Part shown: positions 1 to 8,799 of the stretch, one piece after another
Layout of the letters: each line of letters opens with the position of its first letter
Position numbering within the stretch: the first letter of the stretch is position 1
IMG/VR virus record: IMGVR_UViG_2529292829_000008
Length of the DNA: 25,283 nt
Reading direction: 5' to 3' (one strand)
Source: a virus
Taxonomy: Duplodnaviria; Heunggongvirae; Uroviricota; Caudoviricetes
Notes under the pieces: model-generated
Told to the model about the DNA's origin: nothing
The model's database searches: none
The model's input: the letters and a program-made list of their open reading frames with translations, nothing else
Program-made: the position numbers and the translations under genes

Positions 1-1053
1 TTACGGGGTAATGCCAACCGCTGCCGCCACTTTGTCGCCACTTGGCAGCGTTGCCAGAGGATTGAAACGGAGCGCCGTTTCCAGATGATCCGGTGCCAGA
101 TGTGCGTAACGCATAGTCATTTTTATATCGTGGTGTCCGAGAATTTTTTGTAAGGCCAGAATGTTTCCACCCGACATCATGAAGTGCGCCGCAAACGTAT
201 GGCGCAGAACGTGTGTGAGTTGACCGCGAGGGAGCACGATAGACGTTTTTTCCATCACGGATAAAAATTGAAAATAGCAGTCTGTGAAGAAATTGAACCC
301 ATCAAGCGCCATGATCTCTTCATAAAGCTCTTTACTGATAGGGATGCTTCTGTTTTTCTTCCCCTTCGTTCTTACAAAGGTAATTCGGTATTTGGTCACC
401 TGTGAGCGGGTAAGATTTACGGCTTCACGCCAGCGTGCGCCTGTGCTTAAGCATATCTTAACTACTAGTGCCAGAATTGGGTCCTGACGTTTGCAATCAG
501 CCAGCAATTCAACAATCTGCTCATGAGTAAGCCATGCCATCTCTTTTTCTGCGATGGTGAATTTTCGCATGTTCTCCAGTGGATTCGGATACGACCATTC
601 GCCCAGGCGGGATAGTTCGCTAAAAACACTACTTAGATAGCTTTGCTCCAGGTTAATGGTGACCGGGCTTGCTCCTTTCTTCCATTTCTCGCTGAAGTAG
701 ATCTCACCTGTCAGGCGTTTATCTCGATAGTGGGCAAACATTTTAGAGGTTAGATCAGTTGCAAGGGGATTGCCCAGAGCGTCAACCATCAGCAGCAATT
801 TGTCATAGACATGCTGCCCGGCAGTCAGAGATTTACCATGTAGTTTGAACCATAGCTCAACCACGTCTTTCAGAGTTCGACGATCCACGGATTCACCCAG
901 CCAGGGCTTTGCTTCGGTTTCTTCCATCGTGTGACGCTCAAAAGCCAGAGCTTCGCCTTTGGTGGTGAATTGTTTACGCACACGACGTCCACTACGTCCG
1001 GCGGGGTAACATTCGCAAAGCCATTTTCCTGTGGTGAGTTTTCGTACTGCCAT
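1..1053 (-). CDS. int: Tyrosine site-specific integrase (P2 Int-like)
   Basis: ORF track 1..1131; N-terminus from Met27 (MAVRKLTTGKW...) aligns with the recalled P2 Int start; C-terminal ...HVLRHTFAAHFMMSGGNILALQKILGHHDIKMTMRYAHL carries the tyrosine-recombinase R..H-x-x-R..Y region; GGAGGG Shine-Dalgarno (SD) before the ATG at 1053. Confidence 0.9.
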   Translation of the reverse strand: MAVRKLTTGKWLCECYPAGRSGRRVRKQFTTKGEALAFERHTMEETEAKPWLGESVDRRTLKDVVELWFKLHGKSLTAGQHVYDKLLLMVDALGNPLATDLTSKMFAHYRDKRLTGEIYFSEKWKKGASPVTINLEQSYLSSVFSELSRLGEWSYPNPLENMRKFTIAEKEMAWLTHEQIVELLADCKRQDPILALVVKICLSTGARWREAVNLTRSQVTKYRITFVRTKGKKNRSIPISKELYEEIMALDGFNFFTDCYFQFLSVMEKTSIVLPRGQLTHVLRHTFAAHFMMSGGNILALQKILGHHDIKMTMRYAHLAPDHLETALRFNPLATLPSGDKVAAAVGITP

Positions 1054-1239
1054 AAAAAATGCCCTCCAATAGAGAGCATTTTTACTGTATGTATAACCAG
1101 TGTCAATGTATGAAATCCTGCGACCATACATCTCACTGAAGCCATAATGAAGTTGGCTATTTTTTGCTATGTGAGTATGTGACTTTTGCGGTTAGCCTGC
1201 GGCTCATTGTTATATTAGGCGCAGATATAAAAGCAAAAT

Positions 1240-1431
1240 TTATCGCGAGTTTTTAGTACAGATTTTTTTTGATTTACTAATAGTTCCATCATTGCAAACG
1301 AACTTTCCATCGGAGGTACAGTGAGAGACACCTCCCTTTTTCCCAGAACAAGGATAATTTTTAGCATAGGTAGTTAGTGGGTTTAATAACAAAGAGCATG
1401 ATAAAACCACAAAAAATACCTTACCAAGCAT
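1240..1431 (-). CDS. Small predicted secreted Cys-containing Lys-rich protein (hypothetical moron)
   Basis: 63-aa ORF with a hydrophobic N-terminal signal-like segment ([23 protein letters not shown]) and a ~40-aa mature part with 4 Cys; AT-rich; lies between cI and int. No family recognised. Confidence 0.4.
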   Translation of the reverse strand: MLGKVFFVVLSCSLLLNPLTTYAKNYPCSGKKGGVSHCTSDGKFVCNDGTISKSKKICTKNSR

Positions 1432-1446
1432 AGTTTCCTCCCGGTA

Positions 1447-2016
1447 TTACCTAACGTACTTAATTGTTAAACTTATAATTTTCCCAATTATTTCAACATC
1501 TCCTATCTTGCACTCGAAGGCTCTGTTTCCACCTTCAACGAAGATTCTTCCACCGGGTAAACGAGTAATGTCGCGGATTGTTATTTCGCCATCAATACTT
1601 ATTACCCATTTACCGTCACGTATATCATCAAATTCTTTATCACAAATAAATTCAGAATTGTTATCTGTGATGACAAAAGGTTTTTTAAACGTAGAGGGTA
1701 GAAATCCCTTATCAAAAATATAAAAACCGTCTTCACGCAAGGCACCATCAGATAATACATATTTAGCAACTTCCATAGTATTTGTATTACCTGAAGTTTG
1801 CTTTGAACCATGTCCGGTTGTGAGCCAATTAAGCGAGGTGCCCGTTTCAAGGGCGCACTGGATTACCCATTCTGCTGGGAATGAGTCACGCATGTAGCGT
1901 GTGGCGAGTGTACTTTTAGAGATTCCTAAATGATCGCACAACGCCTGTCGAGTTTTGAATCCATAAGCTTCTACCATGCGCTCTATAGCGCCTCGTCCGC
2001 CTTTCTCCAAATTCAT
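1447..2016 (-). CDS. cI: CI-type immunity repressor (phage 186 CI-like, HTH N-terminal domain)
   Basis: ORF 1447..2022 with likely ATG at 2016 preceded by GGAG; HTH-like segment ...QALCDHLGISKSTLATRYMRD...; sits opposite apl/cII as in 186. No LexA-like S24 Ser-Lys motif seen. Confidence 0.7.
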   Translation of the reverse strand: MNLEKGGRGAIERMVEAYGFKTRQALCDHLGISKSTLATRYMRDSFPAEWVIQCALETGTSLNWLTTGHGSKQTSGNTNTMEVAKYVLSDGALREDGFYIFDKGFLPSTFKKPFVITDNNSEFICDKEFDDIRDGKWVISIDGEITIRDITRLPGGRIFVEGGNRAFECKIGDVEIIGKIISLTIKYVR

Positions 2017-2040
2017 GGTCACTCCAAGTGAACTTTTATC

Positions 2041-2069
2041 TTGACGATTTCACTGTGCGATCGTATGTT
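2041..2069 (+). promoter_or_regulatory. Candidate early lytic promoter pR (TTGACG-N17-TATGTT)
   Basis: TTGACG at 2041-2046, 17-bp spacer, TATGTT at 2064-2069, about 70 bp upstream of the apl ATG; flanked by inverted hexamers GTGAAC (2029-2034) and GTTCAC (2075-2080) that could be operator half-sites. Confidence 0.45.
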
Positions 2070-2141
2070 TATGGTGTTCACAAAATACAAACGATCCGTA
2101 TTCGTCCTGATTAATCATCATTAAACGAGGAATGTTGCATC

Positions 2142-2363
2142 ATGAGACCTAACATTTCAATCACTCTTACCACGCCTCATGTGACTATTGAACGCTATAG
2201 CGAGCTGACAGGGCTGTCCATCGATACCATCAATGACATGTTGGCTGACGGACGCCTTATCCGTCACCGTCTGCGCAAAGATAAAAAACGTGAAAAAGTG
2301 ATGATCAACATAGCAGCCATGACCGTTGATGCGCTTTCAGAATGCAATCTAAACCTTAATTAG
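2142..2363 (+). CDS. apl: Apl/Cox-like small HTH excisionase / transcriptional regulator
   Basis: 73-aa first gene of the rightward early operon, directly upstream of cII; HTH-like [24 protein letters not shown]; GAGGA SD. Confidence 0.55.
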   Translation: MRPNISITLTTPHVTIERYSELTGLSIDTINDMLADGRLIRHRLRKDKKREKVMINIAAMTVDALSECNLNLN

Positions 2364-2395
2364 TTCGATTCTGAAATACATCAGAGGCATTGACC

Positions 2396-2905
2396 ATGTT
2401 TGATTACCAAGTTTCCAAACATCCACATTTTGATGAAGCCTGTCGTGCATTCGCATTGCGCCACAACCTAGTGCAACTGGCAGAACGTGCAGGCATGAAT
2501 GTGCAGATTCTGCGGAACAAGCTGAACCCAGCTCAACCTCATTTATTAACCGCACCAGAAATCTGGTTGCTTACCGATCTGACTGAAGATTCAACGCTGG
2601 TAGATGGCTTTCTGGCACAGATTCACTGCCTGCCATGTGTACCGATTAATGAGGTGGCAAAAGAGAAACTGCCGCATTACGTCATGAGTGCAACCGCAGA
2701 GATCGGGCGTGTTGCTGCAGGTGCGGTATCTGGCGATGTAAAAACCAGTGCAGGTCGTCGTGATGCTATCAGCAGCATTAACTCTGTAACACGACTGATG
2801 GCGCTGGCTGCTGTTTCATTGCAGGCCCGTTTACAGGCTAATCCTGCGATGGCGAGTGCAGTTGATACCGTGACTGGCCTCGGTGCTTCATTCGGTTTGC
2901 TGTGA
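2396..2905 (+). CDS. cII: CII-like lysogeny-establishment activator (phage 186 CII-like)
   Basis: From ATG 2396 the product is 169 aa, beginning [20 protein letters not shown]..., matching my recollection of 186 CII in start and length; AGAGG SD 8 nt upstream. Confidence 0.7.
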   Translation: MFDYQVSKHPHFDEACRAFALRHNLVQLAERAGMNVQILRNKLNPAQPHLLTAPEIWLLTDLTEDSTLVDGFLAQIHCLPCVPINEVAKEKLPHYVMSATAEIGRVAAGAVSGDVKTSAGRRDAISSINSVTRLMALAAVSLQARLQANPAMASAVDTVTGLGASFGLL

Positions 2906-2912
2906 GGTGCTT

Positions 2913-3113
2913 ATGCTGACGAAAGAACCATCATTTGCATCGCTGCTGGTAAAACAAAGCCCGGCAATGCACTACGGTCACGGCTGGATCATGGGTGAGG
3001 ATGGAAAACGCTGGCATCCGTGCCGTTCACAAGATGAATTGCTGGCGGAACTATCAACGAATAAACGGGGGAACAAATGGCTATTGAAAGCGCTGCGGCG
3101 ACTGTTCCATTAA
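2913..3113 (+). CDS. Hypothetical early protein (position of 186 fil/dhr-type genes)
   Basis: ORF 2883..3113; ATG at 2913 after GAGG; 66 aa; function unknown. Confidence 0.4.
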   Translation: MLTKEPSFASLLVKQSPAMHYGHGWIMGEDGKRWHPCRSQDELLAELSTNKRGNKWLLKALRRLFH

Positions 3114-3418
3114 GCCCCGGTGAACGCCTGAATGGACTTAATCACATTGCGGAGTTAAGGGCGAAAGTATTTGGCCTGAATATTGAGTCAGAGCTTGAGC
3201 GGTTTATTAAAGATATGCGTGATCCACGGGATATCAATAACGAACAAAATAAACGGGCATTGGCTGCTATATTCTTTATGGCAAAAATTCCAGCTGAACG
3301 TCATAGCATCAGCATTAATGAGCTGACCACTGACGAAAAGCGGGAGTTGATTAAAGCAATGAATCATTTTCGTGCAGTGGTGAGCTTATTTCCCAGACGG
3401 CTAACCATGCCGAATTAA
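3077..3418 (+). CDS. Hypothetical early protein
   Basis: 113-aa ORF with ATG and a GGGGGA SD-like motif; same strand and context as early operon genes. Confidence 0.45.
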   Translation: MAIESAAATVPLSPGERLNGLNHIAELRAKVFGLNIESELERFIKDMRDPRDINNEQNKRALAAIFFMAKIPAERHSISINELTTDEKRELIKAMNHFRAVVSLFPRRLTMPN

Positions 3419-3485
3419 CCAACTAATGAAATTAATGGCGTGAACCCGCCGGGTATCCCTTTATCTAAATTCAGGAGAATTGATT

Positions 3486-3719
3486 ATGCGTAATATTGAA
3501 ACCCTCACGACTAAAACCGGACCGGATGATGCAGGGCTTAATATTTTACTGACAGAGGCTCGTCTGGAAGAACGCCGGGCAAGGGCTGAAGCAATGGCAG
3601 CTCGCCTTGATAGCCTGGCGTGTCATATCACATCCCGCCAGCTAAACCACGTCGAAGCGGCAGAACTGCTGCGTGTGACTGCTGAAGCAATCCAGAACGA
3701 AGCGCAGGAGATCCACTAA
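3486..3719 (+). CDS. Hypothetical early protein
   Basis: ORF 3480..3719; ATG at 3486 with AGGAG 8 nt upstream; 77 aa; stop overlaps the next start (ATGA-type coupling). Confidence 0.45.
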   Translation: MRNIETLTTKTGPDDAGLNILLTEARLEERRARAEAMAARLDSLACHITSRQLNHVEAAELLRVTAEAIQNEAQEIH

Positions 3720-3946
3720 TGGCTGATGCAATGGATCTCGTCCAGCAGCGAGTTGAAGAAGAACGCCAACGTCATATCCGTGCTGCCCGTGCCAAAACGC
3801 CGGGCGTGTCCCGCGTGCTTTGCGTTGAGTGTGAAGCGCCAATTCCGCCAGCACGCCGTCGTGCCATTCCGGGTGTGCAGCTTTGCATTACCTGTCAGGA
3901 AATCGCAGAGCTGAAAGGCAAACATTACAACGGAGGTGCTGTATGA
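3719..3946 (+). CDS. TraR/DksA-family C4 zinc-finger protein
   Basis: 75 aa with C-x2-C-x19-C-x2-C (CVECEAPIPPARRRAIPGVQLCITCQ), the spacing pattern of phage/plasmid TraR-like DksA zinc fingers rather than Ogr (C-x2-C-x22-C-x4-C). Confidence 0.65.
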   Translation: MADAMDLVQQRVEEERQRHIRAARAKTPGVSRVLCVECEAPIPPARRRAIPGVQLCITCQEIAELKGKHYNGGAV

Positions 3947-4800
3947 GCACCATCCTGAAATGGGCGGGAAATAAACCCGCCATAATGTCCGAACTGAAAA
4001 AGCATCTTCCTGCTGGCCCGCGACTGGTTGAACCTTTCGCGGGTTCCTGTGCTGTGATGATGGAGACGGATTACCCCAGCTATCTTGTTGCGGATATTAA
4101 TCCTGATTTAATCAACCTCTATAAAAAGGTTGCTGCTGATTGTGAGGCGTTTATATCTCGTGCCAGAGCTTTATTTGAGGAAGCAAACAGGGAGGTGGCT
4201 TATTACAACATAAGGCAGGAGTTTAATTACTCCACTGAAATTACTGATTTCATGAAAGCGGTATATTTTCTGTATCTCAATCGTCATGGTTACCGTGGGT
4301 TATGTCGCTATAACAAGAGCGGGTATTTCAACATTCCCTACGGTAATTATAAAAATCCGTATTTCCCTGAAAAAGAAATTCGCGCATTTGCAGAGAAAGC
4401 CCAGCGAGCAACGTTTATCTGCGCCAGCTTTGATGAAACGCTGGCGATGCTGCAGGGGGGGGATGTGGTGTATTGCGATCCGCCTTATGACGGTACGTTT
4501 TCCGGTTATCACACTGACGGCTTCACTGAAGATGACCAGTATCACCTGGCATCCGTTCTTGAACATCGGTCATCAGAAGGACATCCCGTCATTGTTTCTA
4601 ACAGTGACACATCCCTGATCCGTTCGCTGTATCGCAATTTTACTCACCACTACATCAAGGCAAAACGCAGCATCGGTGTGGCAGCTGGTGATAGTAAATC
4701 TGCAACAGAAATCATTGCTGTTTCCGGGGCGCGCTGCTGGGTGGGATTTGATCCTTCGCGTGGCGTAGATAGTTCTGCTGTGTACGAGGTGCGTGTATGA
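3943..4800 (+). CDS. dam: DNA adenine methyltransferase, Dam-like (D12 class N6-A MTase)
   Basis: From ATG 3943 (GGAGG SD): KWAGNK near the N-terminus, FAGSCAV (motif I-like), [15 protein letters not shown], and catalytic DPPY ([10 protein letters not shown]); near-colinear with E. coli Dam as I recall it. Confidence 0.88.
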   Translation: MSTILKWAGNKPAIMSELKKHLPAGPRLVEPFAGSCAVMMETDYPSYLVADINPDLINLYKKVAADCEAFISRARALFEEANREVAYYNIRQEFNYSTEITDFMKAVYFLYLNRHGYRGLCRYNKSGYFNIPYGNYKNPYFPEKEIRAFAEKAQRATFICASFDETLAMLQGGDVVYCDPPYDGTFSGYHTDGFTEDDQYHLASVLEHRSSEGHPVIVSNSDTSLIRSLYRNFTHHYIKAKRSIGVAAGDSKSATEIIAVSGARCWVGFDPSRGVDSSAVYEVRV

Positions 4801-7211
4801 GTCATGACGATATGAGCAACTCTAGCGGCTTTAACGAGGCCGCTGCATCATTTTCATGGAACGGCCCGAAAAAGGCCATTAACCCTTATCTGGACCCGGC
4901 GGAAGTTGCGCCGGAGTCTGCACTTTCAAACCTGATCACTCTGTATGTTGCCGATAACGAGCAGGAACAACTGCGCCGCGAGGCACTGAGTGAGCAGGTC
5001 TGGGAGCGTTATTTCTTTAATGAATCCCGTGATCCTGTCCAGCGCGAAATGGAGCAGGATAAGCTCATTAGCCGGGCAAAGCTGGCGCATGAGCAGCAGC
5101 GTTTTAATCCAGACATGGTCATTCTGGCTGACGTCAACGCCCAGCCTTCCCATATCAGCAAGCCGCTGATGCAACGTATTGAATACTTCAGCAGCTTGGG
5201 CAGGCCAAAGGCTTATTCCCGCTATTTGCGTGAGACGATTAAGCCATGTCTGGAACGACTGGAGCATGTACGCGACAGTCAGCTATCCACTTCTTTTCGC
5301 TTTATGGCAAGCCATGAAGGGCTGGACGGCCTGCTGATCCTGCCTGAAATGAGTCAGGATCAGGTAAAACGCCTGTCCACCCTGGTAGCTGCGCATATGA
5401 GCATGTGCCTTGATGCCGCTTGTGGCGATTTATATGCCACCGATGACGTTAAGCCAGAAGAAATCCGCAAGACATGGGAAAAGGTGGCAGCGGAAACCCT
5501 GCGACTGGATGTTATCCCGCCTGCGTTTGAGCAACTCCGCCGGAAAAGAAACCGCCGTAAACCAGTGCCCTATGAACTCATTCCGGGCTCGCTGGCGCGT
5601 ATGCTGTGCGCCGACTGGTGGTATCGGAAATTGTGGAAGATGCGTTGCGAATGGCGGGAAGAGCAGTTGCGTGCTGTCTGCCTGGTCAGCAAAAAAGCAT
5701 CTCCCTATGTCAGCTATGAAGCTGTGATGCATAAACGTGAGCAGCGCCGTAAGTCGATGGAGTTTTTCCGTTCTCATGAACTGGTGAACGAAGACGGAGA
5801 CGCGCTGGATATGGAAGATGTGGTAAACGCCAGCTGCAGCAACCCGGCGCATCGCCGCAATGAGATGATGGCCTGTGTTAAAGGTCTGGAGCTTATCGCG
5901 GAAATGCGCGGTGACTGCGCCGTTTTCTACACTATTACCTGTCCGTCACGTTTCCATTCCACGCTCAATAACGGCAGACCCAACCCGACCTGGAAAAACG
6001 CGACGGTAAGACAAAGCAGCGATTATCTGGTCGGTATGTTTGCTGCATTTCGTAAGGCGATGCACAAAGCCGGGTTGCGCTGGTATGGCGTGCGGGTGGC
6101 TGAGCCGCATCACGACGGCACAGTTCACTGGCACCTGTTGTGTTTCATGCGCAAAAAAGACCGCCGCGCCATTACTGCATTGTTGCGTAAGTTTGCTATC
6201 CGTGAAGACCGCGAGGAGCTGGGCAATAACACGGGGCCGCGCTTTAAGTCTGAGCTGATTAACCCGCGCAAAGGAACGCCGACAAGCTACATAGCGAAAT
6301 ACATCAGTAAGAACATTGACGGGCGTGGTCTGGCTGGCGAGATCAGCAAGGAAACGGGTAAATCTCTTCGTGATAACGCTGAATACGTGAATGCCTGGGC
6401 GTCTTTGCATCGTGTTCAGCAATTCCGCTTCTTTGGTATTCCGGGGCGTCAGGCTTACCGTGAACTGCGATTGCTGGCTGGTCAGGCGGCAAGGCAGCAG
6501 GGTGACAAAAAAGCAGGTGTGCCGGTACTGGATAACCCGCGCCTTGATGCCATTCTGGCTGCTGCTGATGCTGGTTGTTTTGCCACCTATATCATGAAGC
6601 AGGGAGGTGTACTGGTTCCCCGTAAATATCACCTCATCAGAACCGCTTATGAAATTAACGAAGAGCCGACCGCCTATGGCGATCACGGTATTCGTATTTA
6701 TGGCATCTGGTCACCCATTGCAGAGGGCAAGATCTGCACTCATGCAGTGAAGTGGAAAATGGTTCGTAAGGCCGTTGACGTTCAGGAGGCGGCAGCCGAC
6801 CAGGGCGCTTGCGCCCCTTGGACTCGTGGCAATAACTGTCCCCTTGCTGAAAATTTGAACCAACAAGGGAAAGACAAATCAGCTGATGGGGACTCCAGAA
6901 CGGATATTACCCGTATGAATGACAAGGAGTTGCACGATTACCTGCACAGTATGAGCAAAAAAGAGCGCCGGGAACTGGCTGCAAGGTTACGCCAAGTGAA
7001 ACCGAAACGGCGTAAAGACTACAAACAGCGAATTACAGACCATCAGCGACAGCAGCTCGTCTATGAACTGAAGTCCAGGGGATTTGATGGCAGCGAGAAA
7101 GAAGTCGATTTGCTCCTTCGCGGCGGCAGTATTCCGTCAGGAGCAGGCCTGCGTATCTTCTATCGGAACCAGCGTCTGAAGGAAGATGATAAGTGGCGGA
7201 ACCTGTATTAA
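4797..7211 (+). CDS. A: Replication initiation endonuclease (P2 gpA-type rolling-circle initiator)
   Basis: 804 aa; HUH motif ([10 protein letters not shown]) and paired active-site tyrosines ([12 protein letters not shown]), as in P2 gpA; start overlaps the dam stop. Confidence 0.9.
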   Translation: MSHDDMSNSSGFNEAAASFSWNGPKKAINPYLDPAEVAPESALSNLITLYVADNEQEQLRREALSEQVWERYFFNESRDPVQREMEQDKLISRAKLAHEQQRFNPDMVILADVNAQPSHISKPLMQRIEYFSSLGRPKAYSRYLRETIKPCLERLEHVRDSQLSTSFRFMASHEGLDGLLILPEMSQDQVKRLSTLVAAHMSMCLDAACGDLYATDDVKPEEIRKTWEKVAAETLRLDVIPPAFEQLRRKRNRRKPVPYELIPGSLARMLCADWWYRKLWKMRCEWREEQLRAVCLVSKKASPYVSYEAVMHKREQRRKSMEFFRSHELVNEDGDALDMEDVVNASCSNPAHRRNEMMACVKGLELIAEMRGDCAVFYTITCPSRFHSTLNNGRPNPTWKNATVRQSSDYLVGMFAAFRKAMHKAGLRWYGVRVAEPHHDGTVHWHLLCFMRKKDRRAITALLRKFAIREDREELGNNTGPRFKSELINPRKGTPTSYIAKYISKNIDGRGLAGEISKETGKSLRDNAEYVNAWASLHRVQQFRFFGIPGRQAYRELRLLAGQAARQQGDKKAGVPVLDNPRLDAILAAADAGCFATYIMKQGGVLVPRKYHLIRTAYEINEEPTAYGDHGIRIYGIWSPIAEGKICTHAVKWKMVRKAVDVQEAAADQGACAPWTRGNNCPLAENLNQQGKDKSADGDSRTDITRMNDKELHDYLHSMSKKERRELAARLRQVKPKRRKDYKQRITDHQRQQLVYELKSRGFDGSEKEVDLLLRGGSIPSGAGLRIFYRNQRLKEDDKWRNLY

Positions 7212-7303
7212 TTACGCGGGTTAACAATTCGTGCTCTTAATAATACCAGGCATATCAGGCCGATGAACGTAAAAAAACGTTTTACATCAGTAAGATTATT
7301 ATA

Positions 7304-7323
7304 TACTGTAAATATAAACAGTG
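7304..7323 (+). promoter_or_regulatory. LexA (SOS) box TACTGTAAATATAAACAGTG
   Basis: CTGT-N8-ACAG core at 7306-7321 with an AT-rich centre, about 40 bp upstream of the 7364 ORF; a partial second half-site (ATACAGTA) follows at about 7330-7337. Confidence 0.6.
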
Positions 7324-7363
7324 GTTATGTATACAGTATTGTTTTGGTGTCATAGGAGGAAAG

Positions 7364-7552
7364 ATGCAGGACTATTTTTTGGAGTCTTTGAAGCTTCAGC
7401 GCATTGATTTTTTTCTTAAGCTTGTAGCGGCTAGTGAGTGTAGTGATGAAGAGAAGGGGCTGGCTCTGCAGTGGGTTTCTGAATTGACTGATGAACTTAT
7501 GGCAAAAATCAGAAGCCACGAATACAACCGCTCAATGGATATCATCAGCTGA
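7364..7552 (+). CDS. Small hypothetical protein, first gene of the LexA-boxed operon (possible Tum-like antirepressor component)
   Basis: 62-aa ORF with strong AGGAGGA SD; immediately downstream of the LexA box and upstream of the DinI-like gene. Confidence 0.4.
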   Translation: MQDYFLESLKLQRIDFFLKLVAASECSDEEKGLALQWVSELTDELMAKIRSHEYNRSMDIIS

Positions 7553-7562
7553 GGTGACTTTT

Positions 7563-7796
7563 ATGCGCATTGAAATAATGATCGATAAAGAGCAGAAGAT
7601 TAGCCAGTCTACCCTGGACGCCCTTGAATCCGAGCTTTACCGCAATCTGCGCCCCCTGTATCCCAAAACGGTAATTCGCATTCGCAAAGGTAGTTCTAAC
7701 GGTGTGGAACTAACCGGACTGCAACTGGATGAAGAAAGAAAACAAGTGATGAAAATTATGCAGAAGGTGTGGGAGGACGACAGCTGGCTGCATTAA
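7563..7796 (+). CDS. dinI: DinI-family protein
   Basis: From ATG 7563 (GAGGTGA SD): MRIEIMIDKEQKISQSTLDALESELYRNLRPLYP...VMKIMQKVWEDDSWLH, resembling E. coli DinI (MRIEVTIAK...ILQETWE...) in length and motifs. Confidence 0.7.
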   Translation: MRIEIMIDKEQKISQSTLDALESELYRNLRPLYPKTVIRIRKGSSNGVELTGLQLDEERKQVMKIMQKVWEDDSWLH

Positions 7797-7988
7797 GAAA
7801 CGTTGCCCCCAGGAGGATTCATTCTGATGGGGGCTAGTTTGGGCAATGAGTGAAATAAGGCGTAAGGTGGGCGGTTATTTTGATAAGTGATCGTCCGCTT
7901 TGTGTCAGAAGCAGAAGTGGGAGTGTCTGAGACTCTCTAAAAGTTGATGATTCACTTACAAAACCATTTTCCTGATGAATGCTTACAC

Positions 7989-8324
7989 TTACGAATGATC
8001 ATTCTGTTTAGTCTTCATGAGAAAATCCCGAATCTTTGCCAAGTTTGAATTTTCGGGGATTGAATCCATGTACGGATCACGCTCAAACACTAATTGCTCA
8101 GATTCAACGAAAGCCTGCCACTCTACTGGGTCTAGCTCAAATCCCATTGCTGTCATATCACTTTCATCTTCCCCCTCGATCCAGTGGACTAAATAAAACA
8201 ATTCATCATCAGGAGAATCATCCTCACCATCAACAATATCAACATCGGTTACAGTGATACGTAGGGTGGGATCGATTTTTGAGACATAAATTCCTAACTG
8301 TGGTATAGGGGGAATATTGTTCAT
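7989..8324 (-). CDS. Highly acidic hypothetical protein (111 aa)
   Basis: ATG with AGGAG SD; roughly 26 Asp/Glu versus about 8 basic residues; AT-rich; located beside cos. Confidence 0.5.
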   Translation of the reverse strand: MNNIPPIPQLGIYVSKIDPTLRITVTDVDIVDGEDDSPDDELFYLVHWIEGEDESDMTAMGFELDPVEWQAFVESEQLVFERDPYMDSIPENSNLAKIRDFLMKTKQNDHS

Positions 8325-8703
8325 GGAAACTCCTTTTATTGGTGTTTGCTATTTGAATAAAAATACGCCAAACAGAGTGTTAACTGTGAATATGGAAAGA
8401 ATCGTTGTAAGTACCCCGCTTAGGTGTCCCATTCTATTTTAGAGGTTCTCGTGCATATGGATTATGTTATCTGAAAGCTAACTTCCGCTTCCCGTTCACA
8501 GCGAACATTCATCTTTGTAAACCCGTATGATCCGTTTTTCAAGTGGCCATTCAGATACGGATTTTCACTTCCTTGACAGTGCATGACTATGCTGCATGAA
8601 ATCGCATGATCGATTGAGGATCGTCTTTGCTCAGATCCGCCAGAACTGGCGGGCTTTTGCTCATGTCATGCATGTGCATGAAAACCACTGCATAAAGCGG
8701 GCA

Positions 8704-8722
8704 GGCGTGGCGGGGATACGAG
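8704..8722. other. Candidate cos site (P2/186-type cohesive end, cosN)
   Basis: GGCGTGGCGGGGATACGAG: the first 13 nt match the 19-nt cohesive ends of 186/P2 as I recall them (GGCGTGGCGGGGAAAGCAT / GGCGAGGCGGGGAAAGCAC); lies in a 475-bp non-coding region between the replication and packaging modules. Confidence 0.55.
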
Positions 8723-8799
8723 CGCGCGCATTGATTTCAAAAGATGAAATCAAGTGGTACGATAAGTAGGATTACTACCAATTCTCAAAGGGATGTCTC

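Noticed and set aside
870-1145. 91-aa minus-strand ORF and the N-terminal extension of the integrase ORF to 1131
   Set aside because: Homology to P2 Int begins at Met27 (1053), which has a GGAGGG ribosome-binding site; the upstream extension and the overlapping alternate-frame ORF have no support.
5946-6686. 246-aa minus-strand ORF and other small ORFs embedded in replication gene A (4926..5267, 5410..5727, 5430..5852, 6040..6258, 6391..6597)
   Set aside because: They overlap the gpA frame, which carries the HUH and tyrosine motifs; antisense ORFs in GC-rich coding DNA are typical artefacts.
7491-7796. Longer 101-aa version of the DinI-like ORF starting at 7491
   Set aside because: It would overlap the 62-aa upstream ORF; the ATG at 7563 has its own ribosome-binding site and gives a product matching the DinI N-terminus (MRIE...).
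7805-7834. Hairpin GCCCCCA...TGGGGGC after the DinI-like gene as a rho-independent terminator
   Set aside because: 7-bp stem but a 16-nt loop and no adjacent T-run; too weak to call, though it could still be a transcript end.
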